A stretch of DNA of 32,000 bases from Nitrosospira multiformis ATCC 25196 (GTDB lineage Bacteria > Pseudomonadota > Gammaproteobacteria > Burkholderiales > Nitrosomonadaceae). This document shows, piece after piece, positions 1-8,591 of this stretch. Where the stretch lies: NCBI RefSeq assembly GCF_000196355.1, contig NC_007614.1, positions 1,140,001 to 1,172,000 on the forward strand, in the 5' to 3' direction. Position 1 is the first letter of the stretch. The number at the start of each line of letters is the position of its first letter. The notes below the pieces were generated by a model. That model was not told the origin of the DNA. It did not search any database and saw only the letters and a program-made list of their open reading frames with translations. The translations under genes and the position numbers were made by a program.

Positions 1-270
1 GCCCGTGGGAACGATAACATCATAACCGGTGGCTCCCGCCGCGAGCTTCGCCAGCATTTCCTCGTTGTCGGCATAATAATCCTGCGACAGGTCGCACTTA
101 CAGGATTTCTCGAAGCGCGCAACGGTTTCCGGCGCGATGTAGTTATTCCAGTTGAACAGGTGCAGGACATTTTTGCCGCTGTTGCCCGCATCCGGATTCG
201 GGGGAGTACATCCCGCGGCGAACGTGAGCAGTGATGCCAGCAGAAAAAAAAGGAGTCGTGGAGGGTTCAT
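1..270 (-). CDS. Polyamine (spermidine/putrescine) ABC transporter substrate-binding lipoprotein, partial (runs off the window edge)
   Basis: Reverse-strand translation from the ATG at 270..268 reads MNPPRLLFFLLASLLTFAAGCTPPNPDAGNSGKNVLHLFNWNNYIAPETVARFEKSC..., a lipobox (TFAAGC) followed by the PotD/PotF N-terminal LFNWNNYI motif; directly downstream of the permease genes. Confidence 0.88.
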   Translation of the reverse strand, partial: MNPPRLLFFLLASLLTFAAGCTPPNPDAGNSGKNVLHLFNWNNYIAPETVARFEKSCKCDLSQDYYADNEEMLAKLAAGATGYDVIVPTG

Positions 271-293
271 TATTCCGCCGCTTGTTTCACCGC

Positions 294-1097
294 TTATTTC
301 ACCGTTTTGCGAGGTTTCGTGCTCTCTTCCGAGGAGGCGTTTGATTCAAGCCGGGCGGCAATGATGATCATGACCAATGTCAGCAACATCAATAATGTCG
401 AGATGGCGTTCACTTCAGGCGTCACTGCCACTTTTATCATCGTATAAATCTGGATCGGCAGAATCGGTTCGCCTACACCCTTGGTAAAGAATGTAATGAC
501 AAAATCATCGATGGACAAGGTGAACGACATCAAGGCGCCTGCGACTACAGCCGGCATGATGAGCGGCAAGGTGACGAGGCGGAAAGTTTGCCAAGGCGAT
601 GCGCCCAGATCGCGCGCCGCTTCGAAGATGCTTTCATCCATTCCCTGCAGCCGCGCCCGCACGATGATGGCAACGAAACCAATGCAGAAGGTAGTATGCG
701 CAATGATGATGGACACCATTCCAAGCGTGAAATTCAGGACTTGCAAAAAGAATAGCAGGATCGATACTCCAAGCAGGATTTCGGGCATTGCCACTGGAGT
801 GAATACCAGCACCGGCAATACCCTGAGCTTGTACCGGTGTATCGCCAGGCCGGACATCGTGCCCAGCAGGGTAGCGCTGAAGCTGGCGCAAAGCGCGATG
901 ATGAGCGAGTTGCGTGCCGCCAGCAGCATTTCGGTATTGTTGAACAGCGCCTTGTACCAGAACAAGGTAAAGCCGACCCATTCAGCATTCAACCTGGAAT
1001 CGTTGAACGAGTACAGCACTACGATGATCAGCGGGATATAAAGGAAGGCGTAAACCAGCACGGCCGCGGACCACAACCAGGGATTGCCGCGCTTCAC
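294..1097 (-). CDS. potI: Polyamine ABC transporter permease (PotC/PotI family)
   Basis: 267 aa multi-TM protein with a binding-protein-dependent permease EAA-like loop (ESIFEAARDLGASPWQTFRLVTLPLI) and the PotC/I-like SFTLSIDDFVITFF; in an operon with the PotH-like permease. Confidence 0.9.
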   Translation of the reverse strand: MKRGNPWLWSAAVLVYAFLYIPLIIVVLYSFNDSRLNAEWVGFTLFWYKALFNNTEMLLAARNSLIIALCASFSATLLGTMSGLAIHRYKLRVLPVLVFTPVAMPEILLGVSILLFFLQVLNFTLGMVSIIIAHTTFCIGFVAIIVRARLQGMDESIFEAARDLGASPWQTFRLVTLPLIMPAVVAGALMSFTLSIDDFVITFFTKGVGEPILPIQIYTMIKVAVTPEVNAISTLLMLLTLVMIIIAARLESNASSEESTKPRKTVK

Positions 1098-1098
1098 G

Positions 1099-2013
1099 CT
1101 ATATCGCCCGCTGGCCGGTTGCGGAACGGGCGAACCATGTCGTCAAGCCTGCTACGGATAGTACCGCCAGTGTCAGCATGATGGACAATGCAGAACCGAA
1201 AGGCCAGTCGCGAGTGCCCAGGAACTGATCCTTGATCAGGTTTCCGATCAGGATATCGCCTGTGCCGCCTAATATATCCGGCACGGCGAACATGCCCAGC
1301 ACCGGAATGAATACCAGCGCGGATCCTGAAAATACGCCCGGCAGGGACAGCGGCCAGGTAACCCGCCAGAAGCGTTGCCAGGCATTCGCCCCCAGATCCT
1401 GTGCCGCATCCAGAAGGGAGGGATCGTGCTTCTCCAGATTGGTATAGAGAGGCAGCACCATGAAGGGCAGATGTACGTATACCATGCCCACCAATACTGC
1501 AAAAGGCGAGAATAATAACGTGACCGGGGCGATTCCGAACGCGCCGAGAAGGGTGTTGACAAAGTGGCTGAGCGCGGATTCCGGGCCGAGAATGATCATC
1601 CACGCGTAGATGCGAATGAGGAAATTGCTCGCGAACGGAAGTATCACCAACAGGACCATCAGGTTGCGCAAGTGTTTTCTGCTGCGGGCAATCAGTACTG
1701 CCAATGGATAAGCCAGGATGAGGCAGATCAGGGTCGTGCCGAACGCAACCGCGAACGATTTGAGAAAGATCTCCGTGTAGATGAAGTCGCTGAAAAAGAA
1801 CTGATATGCGTCCGAGGTGAATCCATATTCGCCAATCGCTTGGTCCGAAGGCGGGATAACGGGGGCCAGTCCGCCGAATTCACCCGGAAAGCGAAACGAG
1901 GTGAGAATCATGATCAGGCTGGGTGCCACAAAGAACACTATCAGGAACAATAGGGGTGGCCCGCTCACCAGCAGCCGGGCAAGCTGCTTTTCTTTCATTT
2001 CGCCCTTAATCAT
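1099..2013 (-). CDS. potH: Polyamine ABC transporter permease (PotB/PotH family)
   Basis: 304 aa multi-TM protein with EAA-like loop (LLDAAQDLGANAWQRFWRVTWPLSLPG); start overlaps the potA stop by 4 nt. Confidence 0.9.
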   Translation of the reverse strand: MIKGEMKEKQLARLLVSGPPLLFLIVFFVAPSLIMILTSFRFPGEFGGLAPVIPPSDQAIGEYGFTSDAYQFFFSDFIYTEIFLKSFAVAFGTTLICLILAYPLAVLIARSRKHLRNLMVLLVILPFASNFLIRIYAWMIILGPESALSHFVNTLLGAFGIAPVTLLFSPFAVLVGMVYVHLPFMVLPLYTNLEKHDPSLLDAAQDLGANAWQRFWRVTWPLSLPGVFSGSALVFIPVLGMFAVPDILGGTGDILIGNLIKDQFLGTRDWPFGSALSIMLTLAVLSVAGLTTWFARSATGQRAI

Positions 2014-3101
2014 TCAGGATCATTGAGAAAAATGCCCGCGTCGTGGCGCCAGGAGATTGTTACCTCGTCATCCACCTCGAAAAACTTGGCCCGGCCAGGA
2101 GCGGAATTTGGCAGTAAAGCTTCAATATAGGCACCGTTGGCGAGTTCCACAATATAAGTAGTTACGTCGCCGACATACAGGAAGTCATGCACTTTGCCGC
2201 GGAAATGGTTTTTTAGCTGCGATTCATTGGACGGGTGAGAAATTCGCACCTGCTCCGGCCGGATAGCCAGCACGCCCTTGTCACCCACCTCCATGCCCTC
2301 CCTGGCCGGCGCCGTTACCTCTCCCAGTCCTTCTATCGCGAGTTTCAAATGAGACGGAACAGCTTCCATAACTGTTGCATTCATCACGCTGATTTTGCCG
2401 ATGAAATCTGCAACGAAATGATTTCTCGGCGCACTGTAGATTTTAGAGGGTTCGTCTATCTGCTCGACATTGCCCCGGTTCATCACTGCGATGCGATGCG
2501 ATAGCGCCAGCGCTTCATCCTGTGCATGAGTGACAAAAATAAAAGTAATACCGATTTCTTTCTGAAGATTGATGAGCTCGATCTGCATCTCTTCACGCAA
2601 CTTTGCGTCGAGTGCGCCGAGGGGTTCATCGAGCAGGAGCAGTCGTGGTCGATTCACCAACCCTCTGGCGAAAGCCACGCGCTGTTTCTGCCCACCGGAG
2701 AGCTCATGTGGAAAGCGATTGCCGAAGTTCGGCAGGTGAACCCGCTCCAACAGTTCATTCACCCTTTTTTTTATTTCCTGGGGGGCTTTCCCTGCCATTT
2801 TGAGGGGAAAGGCGATATTGTCCGCCACCGTCATATGCGGAAATAAAGCATAGGTCTGGAATACGGTATGGACAGGCCGCTTTTCCGGGGGAATACCCAC
2901 CATATCCTTGCCGTCCAGCAGGATTTGACCGGAGTCCGGCAGATCGAATCCAGCTATCATCCGCAGCAGCGTTGTTTTACCGCAACCGGACGGCCCCAGC
3001 AGCGTGAAGAACTCGCCGGCTTCCACATCGATGCTGACGTTGTCGACCGCAGTGTAACCGCCGAAACGCCGCGTCACATTACGGATTTCCAGGAGCGCCA
3101 T
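2010..3101 (-). CDS. potA: Polyamine ABC transporter ATP-binding protein (PotA/PotG family)
   Basis: Walker A GPSGCGKTT, signature LSGGQKQRVAFARGL, Walker B LLLLDEPLGALD, C-terminal TOBE-like region; operon with permeases. Confidence 0.93.
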   Translation of the reverse strand: MALLEIRNVTRRFGGYTAVDNVSIDVEAGEFFTLLGPSGCGKTTLLRMIAGFDLPDSGQILLDGKDMVGIPPEKRPVHTVFQTYALFPHMTVADNIAFPLKMAGKAPQEIKKRVNELLERVHLPNFGNRFPHELSGGQKQRVAFARGLVNRPRLLLLDEPLGALDAKLREEMQIELINLQKEIGITFIFVTHAQDEALALSHRIAVMNRGNVEQIDEPSKIYSAPRNHFVADFIGKISVMNATVMEAVPSHLKLAIEGLGEVTAPAREGMEVGDKGVLAIRPEQVRISHPSNESQLKNHFRGKVHDFLYVGDVTTYIVELANGAYIEALLPNSAPGRAKFFEVDDEVTISWRHDAGIFLNDPE

Positions 3102-3143
3102 AGTCGGGACAAATCGAGGTAAAACTCAGCATTTTACCAAAAT

Positions 3144-3416
3144 TTATGAAGCAACTGCTGCTTCCCATTCTCTTAAGGAATTTCGACGCCAAGATAAAAC
3201 GACCGTTTCGCACGTCGTTAGATTTTCCCCCCTCTCCGCTTCTTCCATGGCGGCAATGGTTTCAGCATCCGGTTCGAAGAAATCCATCGGGTGAAACGGC
3301 AATTTCTTTTTGCTGCCGACACTTCTTAAAAACAGGCGTATGTCGTGGGAAACTGCAAGGCCCGTTTCCCCCAGCACCCGGCTTGCTTCCTCCTTCGTTT
3401 GCGTATCAACCCGCAT
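3144..3416 (-). CDS. DinJ/RelB-like antitoxin ORF with divergent C-terminus, no recognisable cognate toxin
   Basis: N-terminal MRVDTQTKEEASRVLGETGLAVSHDIRLFLRSVGSKKKLPF...PDAETIAAMEEAERGE resembles the DinJ/RelB ribbon-helix-helix family; starts 6 nt after the PIN ORF stop. Confidence 0.6.
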   Translation of the reverse strand: MRVDTQTKEEASRVLGETGLAVSHDIRLFLRSVGSKKKLPFHPMDFFEPDAETIAAMEEAERGENLTTCETVVLSWRRNSLREWEAAVAS

Positions 3417-3422
3417 ATGACC

Positions 3423-3845
3423 TCAGTTTTCGCCATTGCAGTTTACGAAAAAGGGATTCTGTATTCGCAATTGCTCGTCTATCAGCAAATCGTGCTGCAT
3501 GTCCTCAGAATATAGAATATCGCAGTTTGAGAGCAGCGCCGCCGCTGCAATCATCCCATCGTACAAGCTCAGGCCCCACCGCTCTGCAACCCGCCGCCCC
3601 CGGTCGTGTACTTCCAGCGTCAGCGGTTCGACGGGACAAATTGAGCGGATCAGGAAAAGCACATCGTTGACCTCATGCCATGGCATGGAAAGCTTGCGGC
3701 GCATGACGCTGGCCATTTCGTTAAGGACCTGTACACTGATCCTGCCGCCACCTCGCAGGACTTCTTCAGCGCGGTTTGCCTTGGCCGCACTCGGAGAGAG
3801 CAGATATAGAAGAATATTTGTGTAGATAAAGCTAGTCGCGCTCAT
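3423..3845 (-). CDS. vapC: PIN-domain (VapC-like) toxin, probably catalytically compromised
   Basis: From internal ATG 3845: MSATSFIYTNILLYLLS...ISVQVLNEMASVMRRKL...LSLYDGMIAAAALLSNCDILYSEDMQHDLLI..., a PIN-family pattern; the start overlaps the antitoxin 3' end. The longer ORF start at 3965 overlaps the antitoxin heavily and is unlikely. Confidence 0.8.
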   Translation of the reverse strand: MSATSFIYTNILLYLLSPSAAKANRAEEVLRGGGRISVQVLNEMASVMRRKLSMPWHEVNDVLFLIRSICPVEPLTLEVHDRGRRVAERWGLSLYDGMIAAAALLSNCDILYSEDMQHDLLIDEQLRIQNPFFVNCNGEN

Positions 3846-4065
3846 TCGCTTCTTCCCGGTCAAACCTGAAATCGGCGGGAAGTCTGCCCCGATACTTGCG
3901 CAACCTTTCCAGAAATTCATCTGCCCCCGGTTTTTTTCTGATCTCGAATTTCCTGTCGCCGGCAACGATTACTTCAATATCGTCGCCTTCGCGCAGATCA
4001 AGAGCTTCCACTACTGAAACCGGCAGGCGGATAGCAAGGCTGTTACCCCATCTTGAAACTTGCAT
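3832..4065 (-). CDS. AbrB/MazE-type (VapB-like) antitoxin
   Basis: MQVSRWGNSLAIRLPVSVVEALDLREGDDIEVI..., the swapped-hairpin AbrB/MazE DNA-binding N-terminus; pairs with the PIN ORF. Confidence 0.87.
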   Translation of the reverse strand: MQVSRWGNSLAIRLPVSVVEALDLREGDDIEVIVAGDRKFEIRKKPGADEFLERLRKYRGRLPADFRFDREEANERD

Positions 4066-4074
4066 TGTTGCCCC

Positions 4075-4108
4075 TGCATGATATACGTAATATAAAGTAT
4101 ATCATGCA
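4075..4108. promoter_or_regulatory. Perfect 12-bp inverted repeat, probable TA operator/promoter
   Basis: TGCATGATATAC (4075-4086) - 10 nt - GTATATCATGCA (4097-4108), immediately upstream of the antitoxin ATG at 4065..4063. Confidence 0.75.
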
Positions 4109-4134
4109 ACCCCAAATTTGGTTTTCGAAAGCTA

Positions 4135-4597
4135 TTTAATGACAAGGCGTCAGCCAAGAATACAAACAGGCCGCAACTCCAGGTCGCACTCGACCATGTT
4201 CGTGCAGGGGATATGCTCATAGTCCATTCCATGGACAGGTTGGCCCGTAACATCGAAGACATGCTCAGGCTGGTGGGGGAAATGAATAATAAGGGGGTAT
4301 TGGTTCAGTTCGTTAAAGAGAATATGAGCTTTGCTGCTGGCAGCGAAGATCCTTGCTCTACGTTGATGTTTACCATGCTCAGCGCTTTCGCTCAGTTTGA
4401 GCGATCCCTGATCAAAGAGCGGCAACGGCAAGGAATAGTCCTGGCAAAGGCCGAAGGAGTCTACAAGGCAGGAAGCCCGCTCTGAATGCAGAGAGGATTG
4501 TTCAGTTGCGGGAGCAGGCAGCAGGGGGGCGAACCGGACAAAGCTGGCGAAGGAGTTCGGGATAAGCCGGGAAACCCTTTATCAATACATCCGATAG
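4135..4597 (+). pseudogene. Serine resolvase/invertase remnant (5' truncated, at least two frameshifts)
   Basis: Readable pieces: LFNDKASAKNTNRPQLQVALDHVRAGDMLIVHSMDRLARN...GVLVQFVKENMSF...FAQFERSLIKERQRQGIVLAKAEGVYK; after about 4467 another frame gives GRKP-LNAERIVQLREQAAGG; after about 4535 a third gives TKLAKEFGISRETLYQYIR*. Confidence 0.85.
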
Positions 4598-4739
4598 GAA
4601 GAAAGAGCAGGCTAGCTGTGAGGAGGAAGTTTCAAAATCAGAACCAAAAACCAAAGATCGGGAGAAGCTGCTTTGACAGCATGAACTCCATTACCTACAT
4701 TGAAGTAATGGATTGCCCCCCGCCTTGCCGGAGAATACC

Positions 4740-5816
4740 ATGACACTACTCAGCCATTCCTTCAAGGTTCGCCATCTTATCCTGGCCGCAGCCTTAACTA
4801 CCGGCCTTGGTTTTGTCAATCCTGCAAACGCCGAAATAGTCCTCCTTGTTGACCTTAACAGCAGGACAGCAATTAGTCTGGGCACTTTGGGCGGGAACTG
4901 GAGCAATGCCTACGGCATCAACGATGCTGGGCAGGTGGCTGGATACTCTCACACGGCTGAAGGTGGTCAGCATGCCTTCATCACCGGTACTGATGGGGTG
5001 GAGATGAGAGACTTGGGCACCTTGCGGGGGGGTGAGAGCTATGCGCTCGACATCAACGATGCCGGACAGGTAGTGGGAGGCTCTGGCACTGCTGGAGGCT
5101 ATGTCCATGCTTTCATCACTGGCCCGAATGGCACGGGGATGAGAGACCTGGGCACTTTAGGCGGGCGCTGGAGCTATGCTTTCGGCATCAACGATGCCAG
5201 ACAGGTGGCTGGATACTCTCTCACGGCTGATAGTAATCGTCATGCCTTCATCACCGGTTATGATGGCATGGGGATGAGAGACCTGGGCACTTTGGGCGGG
5301 AGCTTGAGCGAGGCTTCCGGCATCAACGATGCCGGACAGGTGGTAGGAATGTCTGGCACAGTTGATGGTAATCTTCATGCCTTCATCACCGGCCCTGATG
5401 GGGTGGGGATGAGAGACCTGGGCACTTTGGGGGGGCGCTGGAGCTATGCCTACGGTATCAACGATGCCGGACAAGTGGTTGGAAACTCTTCCACGGCTGA
5501 AGGTAGTCTCCATGCCTTTATCACCGGTCCCGATGGGGTGGGGATGAGAGACCTAGGCACTTTATTAGGTGGGAACGGAAGCCAGGCCAACGGCATCAAC
5601 GACATCGGACAGGTAGTGGGATACTCTTACACGGCTGAAGGTTATTACCATGCCTTCATCACCGGTCCTGATGGTGAAGGAATGACGGACCTCAATTCGT
5701 TGGTTGACCTCCCTCAAGGCATGGTTCTAGTCAAGGCAATGGATATCAATAACAGGGGTCAAGTCATTGCTATTGCTATTCCTACTACTATCCCGAACCT
5801 GAAGCCTATGCCTTGA
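4740..5816 (+). CDS. Secreted HAF-repeat protein
   Basis: Signal peptide MTLLSHSFKVRHLILAAALTTGLGFVNPANA followed by repeated HAFITGxDGxGMRDLGTLGG...GINDAGQVVGxS units. ATG 4740 (ggaga RBS) preferred over 4713. Confidence 0.85.
   Translation: MTLLSHSFKVRHLILAAALTTGLGFVNPANAEIVLLVDLNSRTAISLGTLGGNWSNAYGINDAGQVAGYSHTAEGGQHAFITGTDGVEMRDLGTLRGGESYALDINDAGQVVGGSGTAGGYVHAFITGPNGTGMRDLGTLGGRWSYAFGINDARQVAGYSLTADSNRHAFITGYDGMGMRDLGTLGGSLSEASGINDAGQVVGMSGTVDGNLHAFITGPDGVGMRDLGTLGGRWSYAYGINDAGQVVGNSSTAEGSLHAFITGPDGVGMRDLGTLLGGNGSQANGINDIGQVVGYSYTAEGYYHAFITGPDGEGMTDLNSLVDLPQGMVLVKAMDINNRGQVIAIAIPTTIPNLKPMP
4971..5718 (+). repeat. Tandem 45-aa (135 bp) HAF-repeat array within the CDS
   Basis: CAT of 'HAFITG' recurs at 4971, 5106, 5241, 5376, 5511 and 5649 (spacing 135 bp, last interval 138 bp because of an extra Leu in GTLLGG). 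The last copy is partial. Confidence 0.9.
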
Positions 5817-6417
5817 TGCTTGCAGGTTTGGATTAGTCGCGTTTATTGCGAACCGATTCATGCTGGAAAGCGATGGAAATGACGCCTTGTTAATTTCTAT
5901 GTAGACAACGCGGAAGTGCTTCATCACTTAACATGCAAACGCTGCCCGTTGAAAGGCTCCCGGGTAGCTGGGTGGGCACTTTGGTTGTCTCAGGTCTGGG
6001 ATATGGCCAGCATAGTGTCAAGATCGAGAGTGCTCCTGACTTCGTTTTCTCTGGGGGACGTAATGATTTCACATGTATGGGACTGCTGCAGTTTTGCCCG
6101 TTCCCGTTCCGGCTGCCGTTTGGTTGTGGCTTGCTGGATGTGGTCTGCTTGGTCACGGGAATGAGAAAAAGATCTGAAGGCTAAGGGCGTAGCGAAGCAA
6201 TGCTCTCAAATCCACAGCCTCCGTGGTTTCCCAACATTGTGTCGTTTAAGATGTCCCTCCTGATGCCCATGAACCCACAAACTATGTGAGGTTGTTATCC
6301 GGCGATCTGCCATTCTGGACACCTTCTATTACGCCCTGACCGGGAGGTTCCCGGACTGCGATTCTTCCATTTTCAATAAGGGGTGTTCATGCTCTCGCGA
6401 GTATGCAAAAACCGCCC

Positions 6418-7932
6418 TTATTTTCCCAGATGCCACAGTATCACTATGATCAGTAATACGATGAAGATGGTGAGGCGCCGGGTCTCACGTTTTTTCTCCA
6501 GGATGAACTGGTCCATCTTTTCTTCCAGAGCGCTGGTACGTATTTCCGTCAGGGCATGATGCATCAGGCGGGGAAACTGGGGCATGATTACCGCCCAACT
6601 CGTGGCTTCCTTGCGCAGGCGGCGGCTGAGCCCTCTCCAGCCCAACTGCTCCGCCATCCAGTTTTCCAGGTACGGCTTGGCTGTCGTCCACAGGTCGAGA
6701 TTAGGGTCGAGGTCCCGCCCCAGCCCCTCGATATTGAGCAGGGTTTTTTGCAGCATCACGAGCTGCGGCTGGATTTCGACATTGAACTGGCGCGACGTTT
6801 GAAACAGCCGCAGCAATACCCGCCCAAATGAAATCTCGCTCAAGGGCTTGTCGAAAATAGGTTCGCATACTGCCCGGATAGCGGTTTCGAAATCATTGAC
6901 TCGCGTGTTTTTCGGCGCCCATCCCGCCTCCACGTGCGCTTCCGCCACACGCTTGTAGTCACGGCGGAAGAAAGCCAGGAAATTCTGCGCGAGATAATTC
7001 TTGTCTTCGTCGGTAAGGGTTCCCATTATGCCGAAGTCGACAGCGATATACCGGCCGTCCTTGCCGACAAAGATGTTTCCCGGATGCATGTCGGCATGAA
7101 AATAGCCATCGCGGAATACCTGGGTGAAAAAGATTTCCACGCCGACGCGGGCAAGTCGCGGAATATCCACGCCCTGCTCCCGCAAGGCTGTGACATGACT
7201 GATGGGCGTGCCTTTGACGCGCTGCATCACCATGACGCTCGAATAGCAGTAATCCCAGTAGACTTCCGGAACCAGAAGCAGGGGAGAATCCAGGAAATTG
7301 CGCCGCAACTGGCTGCAATTGGAGGCTTCGCGCATGAGATCCAGTTCGTCATCGAGATGACGGGCGAATTCAGTCACAACTTCCCGTACCTTGAGCCGCT
7401 TGGCATCCGGCCAGACTATTTCGAGCAAAAGAGCGCCTGTGTCCATCAGCGCGATATCATGGGCGATCACAGGCGCGATGCCGGGACGCAGCACCTTGAC
7501 TGCGACTTCCGTACCATCATGCAGCACTGCCAGATGAACCTGGGCAATGGACGCGCTTGCTACCGGCTCCACATCGAACAGCAGAAAAACTTCGTTGACG
7601 GGTTTTCCGTAGACCTCTTCCAGTGTCTTGAGGGCAATGCTGGAGGGAAATGGTGGAACCTGATCCTGTAGTTTCGCCAGTTCGTCGGCGATATCGGGCG
7701 GCAGAAGATCCCGCCGGGTAGAGAGCATCTGGCCGAACTTGACGAAGATGGGACCCAGAGCCTCCAGGGCGAGGCGGAGACGTTCGCCCCGCGCACGATC
7801 CAGTTTACGCCAGAACGTTGCCGTTCTGACGACAGGCCGCAGTAGGCGCAGACGTTCGTGGCTCAGGAAGAATTCGTCGAGGCCGAAACGGAATGAGACG
7901 GCGAGTATTTTGAGAAGACGGAAGAAACGCAT
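6418..7932 (-). CDS. ubiB: Ubiquinone biosynthesis regulatory protein kinase UbiB (ABC1/AarF family)
   Basis: 504 aa with [59 protein letters not shown] and a hydrophobic C-terminal anchor. Confidence 0.95.
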   Translation of the reverse strand: MRFFRLLKILAVSFRFGLDEFFLSHERLRLLRPVVRTATFWRKLDRARGERLRLALEALGPIFVKFGQMLSTRRDLLPPDIADELAKLQDQVPPFPSSIALKTLEEVYGKPVNEVFLLFDVEPVASASIAQVHLAVLHDGTEVAVKVLRPGIAPVIAHDIALMDTGALLLEIVWPDAKRLKVREVVTEFARHLDDELDLMREASNCSQLRRNFLDSPLLLVPEVYWDYCYSSVMVMQRVKGTPISHVTALREQGVDIPRLARVGVEIFFTQVFRDGYFHADMHPGNIFVGKDGRYIAVDFGIMGTLTDEDKNYLAQNFLAFFRRDYKRVAEAHVEAGWAPKNTRVNDFETAIRAVCEPIFDKPLSEISFGRVLLRLFQTSRQFNVEIQPQLVMLQKTLLNIEGLGRDLDPNLDLWTTAKPYLENWMAEQLGWRGLSRRLRKEATSWAVIMPQFPRLMHHALTEIRTSALEEKMDQFILEKKRETRRLTIFIVLLIIVILWHLGK

Positions 7933-7997
7933 TTATTCTATTCTGCTACCCCGATTCGCTCAGGGATTTGCCCAGATATTCCTTCTTCTCAGTTCAC

Positions 7998-8579
7998 TTA
8001 TAAGGACTTGTTTATGAGGCCTTCCACGCGCAGTTCCAGTCTTGACACCTGGTCCTGCAATCCGCTCACTTCATTGGCGAACGTACGCATGTCGGTTGGC
8101 TTGGCAAGTACCGGCTGCTCTTCGGTGAGGTACTCCGTCAAAGCCCGAGACAAATTATTAAGGGTTTCGTTATGCCAGTGGGCCAGGTTTTCCCCCGCCC
8201 GGACCACCCGGTGAGCGAGGATGTCTCCCATCACATCGCTTAAATCCTGCTCCACGTCCCAGCGCAGATTCTGTCCGATCTCGAGGATTTCCTGGCCGAA
8301 CACGCTATCCCCGGAAATCCGGATTTCACGGTATGCGGCTTCGTCGCGAACGAGCAGGCGCGGCAGCAATGCCGGCATGATGGTCAGGATGGCGTCGTTG
8401 CCAGCGACGGTGGATGCCGCCGCCACCTCGCCGGTAGGCTGGATGATGACGGCAAGATCAAAAAAAGGTGGAACGCGAAAACGGGCAGTCTTCCCGGCGC
8501 ATGGCTGCAGACGTTTGCGCGCCCAGCTTTCTCCACGCAGCATATGGTTGAGCGGAACTATCGCCACCGATGCCAGCAT
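7998..8579 (-). CDS. ubiJ: Ubiquinone biosynthesis accessory factor UbiJ (SCP2-like domain)
   Basis: 193 aa, N-terminal SCP2-like region and C-terminal coiled coil (LQDQVSRLELRVEGL); immediately upstream of ubiB. Confidence 0.8.
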   Translation of the reverse strand: MLASVAIVPLNHMLRGESWARKRLQPCAGKTARFRVPPFFDLAVIIQPTGEVAAASTVAGNDAILTIMPALLPRLLVRDEAAYREIRISGDSVFGQEILEIGQNLRWDVEQDLSDVMGDILAHRVVRAGENLAHWHNETLNNLSRALTEYLTEEQPVLAKPTDMRTFANEVSGLQDQVSRLELRVEGLINKSL

Positions 8580-8591
8580 GGAATCCGGTCT

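Noticed and set aside
3846-3965. N-terminal extension of the PIN ORF (MPATGNSRSEKNRGQ...)
   Set aside because: It overlaps the antitoxin coding region in another frame; the PIN domain begins naturally at ATG 3845.
4794-5513. Minus-strand ORFs with repeated 'ISRERVSSHLSGIVDAESIAPAPAQSAQVSHPH' units
   Set aside because: They are the reverse-strand translation of the HAF-repeat DNA, not an independent repeat protein.
5890-6184. Small ORFs on both strands after the HAF-repeat gene
   Set aside because: No RBS, no family resemblance, mutually overlapping; treated as an unexplained non-coding gap instead.
6934-7671. 245-aa plus-strand ORF over ubiB
   Set aside because: Antisense shadow of ubiB; no motifs.
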